Source of the DNA: Tubulanus polymorphus
Lineage: Eukaryota; Animalia; Nemertea
Direction of reading: 5' to 3'
Length of the DNA stretch: 64,000 nt
Assembly (NCBI RefSeq): GCF_964204645.1
Contig: NC_134027.1
Span: 12,308,485-12,372,484 of the forward strand
Positions 13,514 to 26,220 of this stretch are shown one piece after another. Below the pieces are notes generated by a model that saw only the letters and a program-made list of their open reading frames with translations, was not told where the DNA came from and searched no databases. Positions within the stretch are counted from its first letter, which is position 1. Every line of letters begins with the position of its first letter. The position numbers and the translations under genes were made by a program.

Positions 13514-13827
13514 TTAAGCATACGAATGACTATCGATTGGCCAGACCGTTGACATAAACATAGAATACTAAAATAGTTAGTATTTTCAAGTCCACTATTC
13601 TGACAATCCTTTAGAATAGTAGAATAGTAGAAAAAAGTTTTGGATAGTGATAGAATAGTGACTCTTTAAGATCGTACATATAATTTACATAGAAACCCAT
13701 TGTAGAATAGTTTGAATAGTAATCTGCATACTATTCTACACTTATTTGATCCTGCGCCGATCTTTTAAATTGTTTTGGAAAATAAGCCTACAAAATTTAC
13801 TAAGTGGTGAATGCTAGTCTTACTTAC

Positions 13828-13985
13828 AAATTGTGGTAGGTGGGGAACTTGGTTGTTCCGCCTGTGTACCCTACCCTAGTTCGGATGACTCCGGAGGCAC
13901 AGCCAAACTGTGCCTCCGGGAACCAAAATCAGGATAGAGCAAATGTAGCTTTAACTGTTTCCACATTTGGTTCATACAGACGCAT
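13828..13985 (-). CDS. MSRA: Selenoprotein MsrA, coding exon 1 (in-frame TGA = Sec19 at 13931-13929)
   Basis: ATG at 13985 (acceptor tttcag; exon starts 14006): MRLYEPNVETVKATFALS-TGA-FWFPEAQFGCASGVIRTRVGYTGGTTKFPTYHN(L), GTAAGT donor. The TGA occupies the Cys position of the GCFW active-site motif. The four exons total 636 nt = 211 aa + stop. Confidence 0.92.
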
Positions 13986-15442
13986 AGTTGATGGTGTGAT
14001 CTGAACCTGAAATCAAGAATAATGAACTTTGGGTAAATTGCTGGCATTTTTTGTCATTCAAGCAATAGCTTGATAAGAATATGTTGTACACTTCTTTAGT
14101 CTAGCTGTTATTCCCTAAAGACGTCTAGGACCAAAGTATACATGAGGTTAATTTTCATCCCTGATTTTCGAGATGAAGCTATGATGTAACTTGTCCCTTT
14201 CCAAGCATAACCAAAATCAATAAAAGCTTAAAACTGCTAAACTACAAAACAGATTTCTACCAGATTTTTTAAGATTTCACTTAACCCCTAAGGCAATTTA
14301 TTAACAATTCCATGCTGCACATCCACATCCATCGATAATCAGCATCTTAAGCAATACAGGTCGAGCCACTGAATTGCCAGAACTGTATTTACGTGCTGAG
14401 GCTCTTGCTGATGAATGCTCATTTACAGTCATTACAGTGTGCCTTCAAAAGCATATACCGGACGGAACATTAGTGATATACATTACTACTGTTGCCAAGT
14501 GCCTGCAACCGATAGATACATACTGCCAACAAAATCAGTGTGGAAATAAGTTGGTAAATACTTCAACTTCAATCAGTTACTGGCCAACATCAGCTCGTTG
14601 ATGAAACTGCCATGTTTCGGTGCGCATGCTAAAAACATCTTTTTTTGGATTTTGAAGACTTTTTTTAAAGACCCCGCAAAATTGAGGGGCGTGGAGGAGA
14701 GCCTAGAAGCATTCAAGGTTCTCAGCTGCAGTTGCGAACTCGGGCAGGTCATTCCAGTATGTATACCTTTCTGAGTGCGGGGGTTCGAACCCTTTTAACT
14801 ATTTCTCCTTAGAACATTTTTTCCCTTATGTAAATATTTATTTACCTTTTTGATGATACATATAGTAATTATTGTTTGTTCGTTCTTGTGTCTGCCGCGA
14901 CCTTTTGTAGCCACCGCGCGGTTGCCCGGGACAATCGCTCTATAAAAGGCGAGCAGCGCGCGAGATTCAACAACAAACTGTTGACTTGGACTGTCAGTGC
15001 GACTTCAAGGGCCGCCAGAACACTAGAACGTTCATCATTCAGTTTACTCAGTCTACTACCAGTTTTCACAATGTAAGAACCATCCTGTCAACGTGTCCAC
15101 CTCTGGACACCCGGGCCGCGTATACACGCATTGCGTTAGATCATGTAACTAAGTTAATTGCTACCCGGACATTGTCCCCGAGTTTATCCAGGGTCGGCGT
15201 CGTCCTGGACGCCACGTTTCCCCCGGCGGACATGGCGTCCCCGGACGCCATGTTCGCCCCGGACAACACAGAATTGTAAATAGTGAACGTGTTCAGAGAC
15301 AGCTGTGTAAATAATAATTGGACGTTAATGCGAGGCTTAAATGCATTACTATTATGTCTAAGAATGCCGTTTGAGTTATCGTGGACGCATTTGGAGGAAG
15401 GAAGATTCATAACTTTTTAGGACACGAGGAATCCGGTCAGCC

Positions 15443-15970
15443 GGTCCTCCTTATTACCGAGATGACGTAATTTACCGAGATCAACCGAGATGACATGAAA
15501 TACAACATATCTATTTATTCCTTATCGATTTTAACACTTGTGACTTGAAATCATATTATATGGACAGTAATGAATACCTGCTGGAGTCATATTTTACATA
15601 TTTTGTCGGTTAGTTTTGTAGAAAAATAACTTTTCACTTTACCGAGATGAGATCGTCGATCAATTAAATTCAATGAAATTTTAGTGCTAACCGACATGAC
15701 GTATTCGAAGTCAATATTTGTTCTACAAAATATCGGCAAAATATATAGAATTTGACTCTAGAAGGTATTTATTACTGATATAACATGATTTCAAGTGTTA
15801 AAACTGTTAAGAAATTAACAAAAATACTATACTTCCATGTCATCTTGCTTGGTTTAGTCTGAATACCAGTCGTTGTTACGGTTCCGTACAGTTGTTTCAG
15901 GAACGGCTAGGTACTAGACTAATCATGGTTCATCTCGGTAAATTGTGTCATCTCAGTAATTAGTAGGACC
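15443..15970. mobile_element. MITE with long imperfect TIRs and 9-10 bp TSD (Mutator-like)
   Basis: ggtcctccttattaccgagatgacgtaatttaccgagat ... atctcggtaaattgtgtcatctcagtaattagtaggacc; flanks ccggtcagcc / ccagtcagct. Confidence 0.6.
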
Positions 15971-16028
15971 CCAGTCAGCTGAGGAGAGGCCAGAGTCACG
16001 CTACAGATATTTTATCCTAGGGCTGGCG

Positions 16029-16174
16029 CACAGGGGCTCGTATCAGAGTTGTAGGTAATGTAAAAACGATAAATCTGTTAATCCAATGTTATTTTATATA
16101 TACTATATAGGCCTACATTGGATTAACAGATTACCGTTTTCACATTACCTACAACTCTGATACGAGCCCCTGTG
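16029..16174. mobile_element. Short foldback MITE, CACAGGGG termini, 8-bp TSD GGCTGGCG
   Basis: About 60-bp inverted arms cacaggggctcgtatcagagttgtaggtaatgt...; exact TSD at 16021-16028 and 16175-16182. Confidence 0.9.
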
Positions 16175-16587
16175 GGCTGGCGTATTCAAATTGCGGTGAA
16201 CCCCATCATTATCGATTACCGTATCAAAAAAAGAGCTTCGAAGCTCTTTTTAAATCTGGATGGGGTTTCACCAAGAACCTTAGTGTCTGATGTACCACAG
16301 ATGGTTACACAGGATCGTAGAGCAACGTAGATACACTGTGGAGACAGCCACTGCCTTCACTGAGAACCTTAGTCAGTAACCTGTCTGAGGTTTAGTTTCA
16401 CAATCGGATATTTTCACAAACCACAGTCAGGAATGGGAAGGTCATTTTTGTATGAAATCTTCGTCAGCCAATTTTACTGACGAGTAATTTGCCTGGCATT
16501 TCATTGTCTCTTAAGATATCCGTCTAATTTTTGTTGTAATCGACGCACAACAGATTCGTAGTTTGTCTGATACCTATAACACCTCAC

Positions 16588-16662
16588 CTGACGATCTTAA
16601 TCCATGTGCAAATCGGCCGTAAACTGAGAGTAAATTTCCATCGGGTCAACAGCTGCCATTTT
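16588..16662 (-). other. Probable 5' exon of MsrA carrying a short upstream ORF
   Basis: Minus strand AAAATGGCAGC (YY1/Kozak-like) ... CAG|GTGAGG donor; reads MAAVDPMEIYSQFTADLHMD*DRQ in the MsrA frame. Splicing to 14006 is inferred. Confidence 0.4.
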
Positions 16663-17857
16663 GAAAATTACTGGAGGTGCTGGCACCTGTGGACTGAGGC
16701 CAGGACAACAGCACAAACTAACGAAGCGACGAAATTGAAAAAAATTAAGAAATCAACACTTATTCACATTTTTCTTTTACCAGAATTTATTATTTCATTA
16801 TTTATTATGGAAAATACGAAGATTTGAAATATAAGTTGGAAAACCATCAAAAATAAAAATTGTCGTTTCGTCTTGGAAGTTTTATATAAATCCTTGTAGG
16901 TCCCCTTGTCTTATCATGCCACATGTGCAATACAGAGAAATGGCGGCCAATGGCGAAATTGGTGGAGAAATTAATTTCTCAAAATAATGTTGATTAACCA
17001 CTCGAAACATACATAAAATTGGATTATTTCGAAAGGTACCTGTGTTCGTTTGTGAATTAAGCCATTAATTGTGGACTGAAGTGAATAGAAAGTATATTTT
17101 TGAAGTGTTACTTTTTTCAACCGTGTTTTGGTCCTTGTCATCCCTAACGTTGGTATATGCCCATCCGATTATAAAAAGCTTACCACCAACGATTAGGTAA
17201 CTAACTATGAGAACCTTAGTGTCAGTGGTATATCGCTAACGCGACCCCTGACACTAAGTCGCGGAAGCCATATACGCGGTGATTTTAAATTCTTTTTAAT
17301 TCAACTCTAATTATATCATCACTACTCAGCTCTCATTCATCCGATTTCAAAAAATAAACCATCATTGCAAACCTCTGATCTTTCATGTTCTTACTGTTGT
17401 GTTTATTTAGTCATTTTGTCATCATATTTTGTGTATGAAATGATTTTTCATGACTTGTCAAATATCCACGAGTCGCGCAAAGCGGTATCTATTGTTGTGT
17501 TGCTAAGATATTGATTTTTTTCATGCGGGTGAGTCTCGCGAGGAACCGTTTTTTAGTAAAACAAAAGCGGTACTAAAATATTTCTAAAGGCAATTTCCAG
17601 CCACTTGAACTTCAAATATATTCTTTGGAGTGTAAACAATGAAAAGATAACAACATAAGGTCAGTGTAGGTAGTTTATTTATTGAAATCGGATGAGTAGT
17701 TGCCGAGGACCGAGTGGTTAAAGTGCCGACTGAGCGCCAGTCCGCAATTTCGACGTAAAATAACGACTACGTGACTGGGTGGGTGGTTCACGCGAGCTCT
17801 TTAGTATAGGCAGTATACGGAGCTCCGCGAACCGGCCATTCTCAGGACTGGGTGAAC

Positions 17858-18645
17858 CACAGGGGTTTGGCGATGGGCTTGGATTTTATTTCCGGGTTGT
17901 TGATAATCTCGCGAGAATGGCGCTAAATATGAACTGCGAATAAATTCAAAATATCACGGAAATACCTTGTGTTTATATTGTTTATTTATCCGCTATAAAG
18001 TTTCGATAAACAATTGGTCGTTAGGAATCATTATCAGACGGTCGTCACGCTACTATATAAAAGAACAAGGGATGAAACGCCTTCAGAGTTGTGCCAGCCA
18101 GAAAGTTGGGACAGTCACGTGACTTAACGCTTCTTATTTGACTGAACGCGAACCTGAAGCATATAAGATGGAAACTATGATACGAAAAATATTTGAGAAT
18201 AACTTACATTCAAATGCATTTTTTTACTATGAATTATATATTTCGTCATAATTTATTACTTATAAGTTATTTATTTCATATGAATCATAATCTGACAATT
18301 GATATCGGTCTGTGAATATGTTAACTTTTCGTGTTGAAGTTTTAAATGCGATGACGTCATCAGAATGTCACGTGACTGTCCCAACTTTCTGGCTGAAAAT
18401 TTAAGTACAGCGGAGGCCTGGCGTTTCATCCCTTGTGATTTTATATAGTAAAGCGTGACGACCGTCTGATAATGATTCTTAACGACCAATTGTTTATCAG
18501 AACTTTATAGCGGATAAATAAACAATATAAACACAAGGTATTTCCGTGATATTTTGAATTTATTCGCAGTTCATATTTAGCGCCATTCTCGCGAGATTAT
18601 CAACAACCCGGAAATAAAATCCAAGCCCATCGCCAAACCCCTGTG
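17858..18645. mobile_element. ~790-bp foldback MITE, CACAGGGG termini, ~260-bp TIRs, 8-bp TSD GGGTGAAC (P-element- or hAT-like)
   Basis: Long inverted arms, exact TSD at 17850-17857 and 18646-18653; near-identical copy in opposite orientation at 40173-40963. Confidence 0.92.
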
Positions 18646-19410
18646 GGGTGAACCACTGCCCAGGACGATCGTCACCAGTCGACTGGAGTGGGTGGGTGGG
18701 TGAAGATGGGGTTTGACTAAAAAGAACTGGTCAACTAAAAAATAAAACGATTAGGCCTACCTGATTGAAAATACTCATGAACGATCGCCTGGCGAAGCTA
18801 ACCACCGAGAACAGAGACGCTGACATGAACTATTTATTCGAGATGATCTAACCAGCTGGTTAGGTGATTTACGTAACTTCGTTTGTTTATTTATGTTCTC
18901 AATGTCACGTGTAAATTTTATATAAGAAATGCCTACCGTACACTGCTGCCACCTGCTCAAGCGAGCTGAATAATGAGAAATAATTGAGGAATTGGCCTCT
19001 ACTCCGGAACAATGGGCAGAGACAGTTAAATTATATTTTCTACGAGTGGTCATCAATGAGAGCGGAGTCCACTGAACCCTAACAGTTTAGTTATGTGACA
19101 TACACATAATATGTAATAGATGAAATCTAAGTGACGGACGCCTCGTCACAGCTTGATTCAATTTTTCATAGTAAGAAATGATAGCGATTGGGGAAAACAA
19201 CCTCAAGTACGGGGTAACGAAGTCGAAAACACTCAAAATATTGTCAGTGACAAGGAACACACTTCAAATGTTGTTAATGAAACTGGAAAGAGAATCAACT
19301 CCAATATTTCATATTGAAATTGTACTGTAGTTGAACCCAAAGCAATGAATTAATGAAGAAATTAAATCAACTTAGTCAAAACTTGGAAAATTTAAAATTA
19401 ACATTATGAG

Positions 19411-22400
19411 TTTTCCGGTTTGCTCGGCTACCCGTACTGGCGGGGTAGTCTAGAGAGGCTTATGAAAACTCCGGTTTGCTGAACCACCCCTCTTTGCGGG
19501 GATGCGGTATGATGTTTGATCTGACAGTTTCAAGTGGTTAATGGCTGTTTCAAGTGCTTACAACGATGCTTATTACTTCGTGGTACATGGTGGTTTAAAA
19601 AAAGATTTCATAATAATACGCTCACCGCGTGGGCTTCGTAGAAAGACCACTACCTGTGACCTTCCCAAATTTTAGTTGTCCTGTCCGATTTGGTTTCATC
19701 CAATTGAGAGACTGCCTTTTCCAGTTAGGGCATTTTTGGATCACGTCACTCCAGGAAATGACTTAACGCTTTTGGGCCCCTTCGTCGGTTCCACATGTTC
19801 TATTTGAGCTATAGACCACAATGGTGACACCATGATGGTCAGTAACTGACCAATTGAGATATCCCCGAGTCTGACCACTTGACTTCGAATTTCGGAAATT
19901 TATCATGTAGCCTAATGTTTGTTTTCAAACCTCTAAGGAATCATCATTGCAAATTCATCACTGACCATCACTGACCACCAATGACCAATTCAAACTTCTC
20001 GAATATGAAAACGATATACCGCGTTATGGTGTCAAACTAGAAAGGATTCGCCATTGAAAATTCATAAATTGACCATCACTGACCACCACTGACCAATTGA
20101 AACTTCTTGAAAGAACGATATACCGGTACCGCTTTTGGTGTGAAACTAGAAAGGATTCGCCATTAAAATTCATTAATTGACCATCACTGACCACCAGTGA
20201 AACTTCTCAAATATCGTGGTCGAATTCGAAAGTGCTTGTCGTCGTATTGCTATTTCTAGAAACCAGCAGAAAGTTTTGCTACTGTTTTTGAATGGCGTTG
20301 ACATGATGGAAATTTATTATACCCATAAATGGGTTACACATCTGGATCACAGCACCTCACTTGCCGCAGTGCTTTATTTTCCCTGCATAGTAATGCTAAT
20401 ACATAAACTTATTTACTACTTGACTCGAATCATCTGAACAGTACTGCGTTTGAAAACTCAACGAATAGAAAATGTTTGCGGGATGCGCCTACGAATAAGT
20501 TATAATAAGATTAATTAATCGATGCATGAAAAACAATTAAATCACAAGGTGACTAACACCCGTCTTTCAACCAATCTGCGCGATACCAATTAATTAAATC
20601 ATTAAACGCGTTGGGTTCCTAATATTTGAAATCATGTGATACAATAGTTGTTCTTTAGACTTGGCCACTTTCATTTCAGAAAACCGCGTACTAGACCAGT
20701 GGTCACCGAGGCATTAACCATTCCTTCAAGTTTTGAAAATTCGATGGTAACGCGGATTCTTCGCCTCTAAAAACTTTTTCGTTAATAGTTTTCTTTATAT
20801 TAAAAGTGTTCATAGGAATTGAAATTTGAAGCGATATCAGTCACAGCTGTAACCCTTTTTCATTGTCAGTTCTTTTTTGGAATTCAAGTAGATTAGTGAA
20901 AATATCAATGATGAAGTTCACTTATTATATCAAGTACCGTTTTTACTGTCGCATGCGAGTCGAAACAAAAAGATCTATCCAACTGCATATGTTCGGGTAT
21001 AACCTGTGATATCCTTCAGTATGTTATGAATATCTTTAAAAATTTGTGTTCTAGTGTAATACCCGAAGGTTTAACTATCGGACACATAAAAGATTCGCCA
21101 TAATCAAAGTTTTTAAGAAAATCTTTCTTCGAGAAAGAAAGATCTTTAAAAGAACGATTGGCGTCAAACTAATCCATAATGGACTGTTGTGAATTTATTG
21201 AATAATCCACCTGAGAAATTTTAAGATTTCGAAGCGAAATTTATTCATATAAATCAAAAATGCATAAATAACTTGACGTTATTTGCGGGTCTCATGAAAC
21301 ACTTTCGTGCGCTCTTTTTAAATCTAAAATAGCATAAATACATGCGTGTTTCGTTATAAACAAGGTTAAATTCCAAACGCACATGAAATATGGAGCCTGT
21401 ATCTCACACGATATACACATCTTGAATTTTCTCTACGTAGGCCCTTTCCAAATGGGAATTGTTCAGTTTTTTAACGGCCGACATTCAGAGGCACCTAAAA
21501 AACCGGTTGTATAGCACTTGAGATTTTCAGTGTAGGGCACATCTCACATCGACTCGGCTCGCGGTCGGTTGTTTAATGGGAACACATCTGGTTGTTACTA
21601 GTTTAACAGTTGACGAATTCAGAAAACTTTTTTCAAATGTCTTTGATAACTTTTTAAACATAGTATTCCTCTTAATTACATTTCCCTGATTCCAAAGATG
21701 TTTTTTCATGAAAATTGCTCCAGTTATAACGGATTTAAACATACATGTAAAATGATTATTTTTAAAATATTCAATTTTCTCCGATTATGAAGAAATTCTG
21801 ACACAATATCATCTCCACTCGACACATAATTTTACTTCGGCGCCTTTGAAGGGAGTGTCACTTTTTGTTGAGTTCATATTTAGTCAATAAAGAAGATATG
21901 CCTGATTCCTTTTTACAATTCAGATTTCGACGGATATCATCAAATTACTAGAAAGGGACAGCAGCTTTCGGTCATCCGCAAAAAAATACCTAAAATGCTC
22001 TCCTAGGGTTATGGAAAAACATGTCACGAAACATACGGAAAATCCTTTGTTTGGTAGACTGAAATTATTGAACTCTTAAATAGCAACATTCAGAGAAACA
22101 AAAACATAAGAATATATTCTCGCCCACCCTTTGAAAAAAAACGTGATTTCAATTGAAGATGACACGTAGCCTCATATCAAATGATATGAACGCAACAGAG
22201 CCTATTCATTCTCTTTACGAGGATGGGTCTCCACATTAATAGGATACGATACGAGATTCGTGGGTACGAATGATGAATACAACTGATAAAGCGCCAATAT
22301 CACTGATTCTTGCACATAAAGGTGTTTTAGAGTAATCTAGTTAACAGGTGTGTTTTAGGAGTATTTTGAATTTAAACTCAAATTTGGGTTCATGACGAAT

Positions 22401-25268
22401 ATTGAGCATTCTAGGGCTGGAGCAAGAAACGTGTGGGATCGTCCGCCAATGGTATCACCAAAGAAATAATAAGGAGCCAGTCCGTGGTGGCTATTGAAAG
22501 CGACGACCGCATGTGAATGCATTGATTGAATGACATCTCAAAAGTCAGATTTTATAAAATTGAAGATGATATATGGATAGGTTATTCAATATATACTGGT
22601 AAAAATGATGCCCGATATGTGACATAAATGTTCAATTAAAAAGTAGAAACCGAATCCATACTTCAGTCTGATATTGTTATAACATCAAACAGTCAAATTT
22701 AATCCTTTGTTAGATTGGTAGCCAGTGTAGATGAGCAAGAATAGTGGTCCCTAATTTTAATGTGGACTGTTCAACAAGTTGGAGTTTGTGACGAGATGAA
22801 TGAGTTTAAAATGGAGTGGAATTTAGATAATACTGTTTGAATGTCTATTACTCAATCTTTTTATTGATCATAAAAAATTGTGGTAAAATATTTGACTCTA
22901 GGGTTGGTTTTAGATTGTATCTCTCCACCCCAGAGGTAATCACGGATATTGGACTACACAAAATTCCTTGTGTACAGCTCAACTTTTTAAATCCCTGGAA
23001 AAGCTCGCCACGGATATATCTCAGTAATGATTAATTTTCCCACAAATTCTCCCCTTCGAAAAACCTAAACAACCAATGTACGCTTGCTCTAAGTTTGCCA
23101 ATGCACTATTGTTACCTTTTCTAGCTATTTGCACTAGCTGTTTGTCGCAAATAGATTGCATCCTCTATTACAGGAGTAAAGGATACAGCTCTGGGACCCG
23201 TTTCTCAAAAGATAGTTTAAATTAACCATCATCCAATATGATACATGACTAAATACATTGAAAAAGATCAACTATGTACACATTTCAAATTTCAAACCAT
23301 GTTTTATCATTAGAAAATTACGACACAACGTTCGATCTCTCACTAGAGATAATCTTTTTGAATTTGTACACTGAGTTTTCGTACCGTATTATCGTATTTT
23401 CAATTCTCTGCTTTTGAGTCAACAAGTACAAAGTTATCTTAGCAATGAAAATTTAATTGTCATTATAAATGTTAACTAACCACTGGTAAACTTACTAACT
23501 TTTGGCAACTGACCTTAGATCGTGGAATGGTCTCAGGTGGCCTGCTGATCCCCTCTTTATTTATACTACTGAAGAAATATACAGTATAAGACGTAAAAAG
23601 TATATGAACATATTATTTATCTTTATATCGCGATAATTCGTGTACGTATGATTGAAAAACGATATTCTATCGAATCTCATGGTACTTATGATTATTGTGT
23701 ATTAGCAACCCTCCACGGATACGAAGCAGCCTAAGTTTACATCCTACCAAAATTATCCTCGGAACTCGCAGCATTATTTCAAGGGTCGGTCTTAGAAAAT
23801 ATACGAAGGACGTGTTCACAGGTTAACGAGGCCAAAAATCTTCCCCAAAATTTCAAATTTTTACAAGCAAAGATAATATACTTCATGCTTTTGGTGCAAA
23901 AAAATACATGTCCACAAAATGCAAATTGTGTTTTCAAAGTAAACGATTGAGTGTGGAATTGTTTCGAATTCAAGGTTTTCCCATTAACACTCCGGTTTTT
24001 TCAATAAGATAAGTCAAACTATTGTTGTGATGGCCAGTTGAATACTTCATCATTATATTGAAAGATATTTTATACTTAATGCATATTTTCTTAGGACTTA
24101 CAGCTTTCTCTATTGGTTAGCGTTGTGATCACTCAAAATTAACCATAAGTTTGAATTCTCACTGATCTACTACATCTCTATAACAAAAATATATTTCATA
24201 TCAGGCAATTAGCTTTGATCTGTGGTCAGTGGACAGCAGCTACGAAACATTTAAAACTACTACATTATCATTCCATCTATTCATGTATATATAATATGAT
24301 ATGATATCTTCTTTGTTCAGTTTAAAAGTCTTGATCGTAAAAGTTTGACAAGTCTCGCATGTTGGTACCGATACGCACGTTCACGCGAGTGAAATGTGCA
24401 CGTTACAGGCTCAAATGCGCACGTTACAATTACAAATGGAAACGTTGTTCGTTCAAAACCCTACGTAAAAATCTTATGCATTTTAGCGGAATTTCAAAGT
24501 TAGCTCGCTACCTACAACAAAAATCGGACAAGACTTTTTCAAGCGACAAATTTAAATGTAAGAGCTAGTAGTACCAACGAAGGATTCACTAAACATATAA
24601 ATTACTTATGGGGGTTCTGGTTAGCACTGGTAACTGGTCAGTACTGGTCAAGCATTGGTCAGTTAAACAATTTTTAGATTAATGCCCACATCATATCTAG
24701 TTATTTGACACCAAACAACTTAATTGTTTGCAAACAAATAATTTACTATATGGTCAGTACTGGTCATGCATTGGTCAGTTAAAAGACCATGGTCCACGCC
24801 ACATTTGTTACCAAACATGATTGGATTGTGTCGTTTCGAAAATTTATCTGTTGGGCAATTTGTGGTCAGCCCTGGTTCGTTAGGTTCTTATTTTGCGGGC
24901 ATTTTATCTCGAACCACCGAAAGACCGAATCACTAATTAATTCACCAGATCGTTAATTGCTGAAAATGAAGATTAGTGTTTAACTAATAGTCCTTGTCTG
25001 AACAAAATGTCTCTAGTATGGGTCCTATGGAATCATGTCCTTAACTGTACACCGTACTGTATATTTGTACTGTATCTTTTTATGTTCACTACTACCGTAA
25101 TTGACTATGATATTTTCAAGTGGTCTTAAGTACCGCTAATAGCCGAAAGTCGTTGATTTATGTGAAATTTACATACAGCGCCACCCGTTGATAGTAAAAC
25201 TAACCCGAGCAATACGGGTGTTAAATAGATACGCTAGCAAACCGGCATTCTCATAATGTGCTCGAGTT
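19411..25268 (+). mobile_element. 5.9-kb Helentron-like element (subTIR CCGGTTTGCT) nested in copy A
   Basis: TTTT+CCGGTTTGCT at 19411-19424; AGCAAACCGG at 25236-25245 followed by a short stem-loop and CTCGAGTT; absent from copy B; internal TGACCA-rich repeats at 19840-20200 mirrored at 24630-24870. Confidence 0.65.
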
Positions 25269-26220
25269 AAGGGGTGGGAAGAAAGAAGATGAAACTGTAA
25301 CTCTGTAACTGTAAGTTTTGATTCATTTCTGAAATTTGGGCTTGATATATTATAAGCCCAAATTTCAGAAATGAATCAAACCTCATAATTCTTTAATCTT
25401 ATATTATAAGATCAAATGAAATTTAATATTTTAATTTTTGTGAGAAAAAAAATTTCTTATAAATCAGGTCTCGGTACCACTGTCTACTAAAAAGATTATT
25501 CTTTCGATTTAGTAGATAAAGTGTCATTTTTTAATGGTTTAAAACTCTTTGTGAAACCATAATGTAACCAATGATTTCGGTGGGAACTGAGAGGGGTTTT
25601 TGCAATATTGAAGAATTTTGACCTGGTAGAATTTAGAAATTAGCTCCATTTGGAAATAAAAGGAAGATGAGAGAAGATTACAACGCATTTCTATGGAAGC
25701 CCCTAGGTGACATACGAGAAAGTTTTTTCACAATTTCGACTTAGCCTATTAAGTCGAATTTCGACATAATAAGTCGAATTTCGACTTAATAAGTCGAAAT
25801 TCGACATAACAAGTCGAATTTCGTGTTAATTAAGTCGAATTTCGAGTTAATTAAGTCGAATTTCGAGTTTTATTTTCATGTCGAATTTCGACTTATTAAG
25901 TCGAAATCCGACTTAATTAACACGAAATTCGACTTATTAAGTCGAAATTCGACTTAATTAACACGAAATTCGACTTATTATGTCGAAATTCGACTTATTA
26001 AGTCGGAATTCTACTTATTAACTCGAAATTCGACTTATTATGTCGAAATTCGACTTAATAAGTCGAAATTATGAAAAAAATTATCTCATATGTCACCTAG
26101 GGGCTACCGTACCTGGGACATATGAGATGATCACGATAGGTAGAACACAATATCCGTGTTGACGCGATGAGGAGAGAATCCCACAATGATAATAAAAAGT
26201 CCGAAAATGAAACTTCGAGA

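Noticed and set aside
13929-13931. Premature stop codon making MsrA a pseudogene
   Set aside because: The TGA sits exactly at the catalytic residue, all other exons are intact, and a SECIS is present.
17696-17800. tRNA gene
   Set aside because: An A-box-like GACCGAGTGGTTAAAG is present but no cloverleaf or properly spaced B-box; at most a decayed tRNA-derived SINE head.
18271-18489. Duplicated 72-aa ORF (also 40329-40547) as a small gene family
   Set aside because: Both lie inside copies of the same foldback MITE and start at non-ATG codons.
25730-26070. CRISPR-like array of palindromic repeats
   Set aside because: No unique spacers or cas genes; these are subterminal tandem units of a MITE in a eukaryotic genome (likewise 30090-30260 and 33610-33740).
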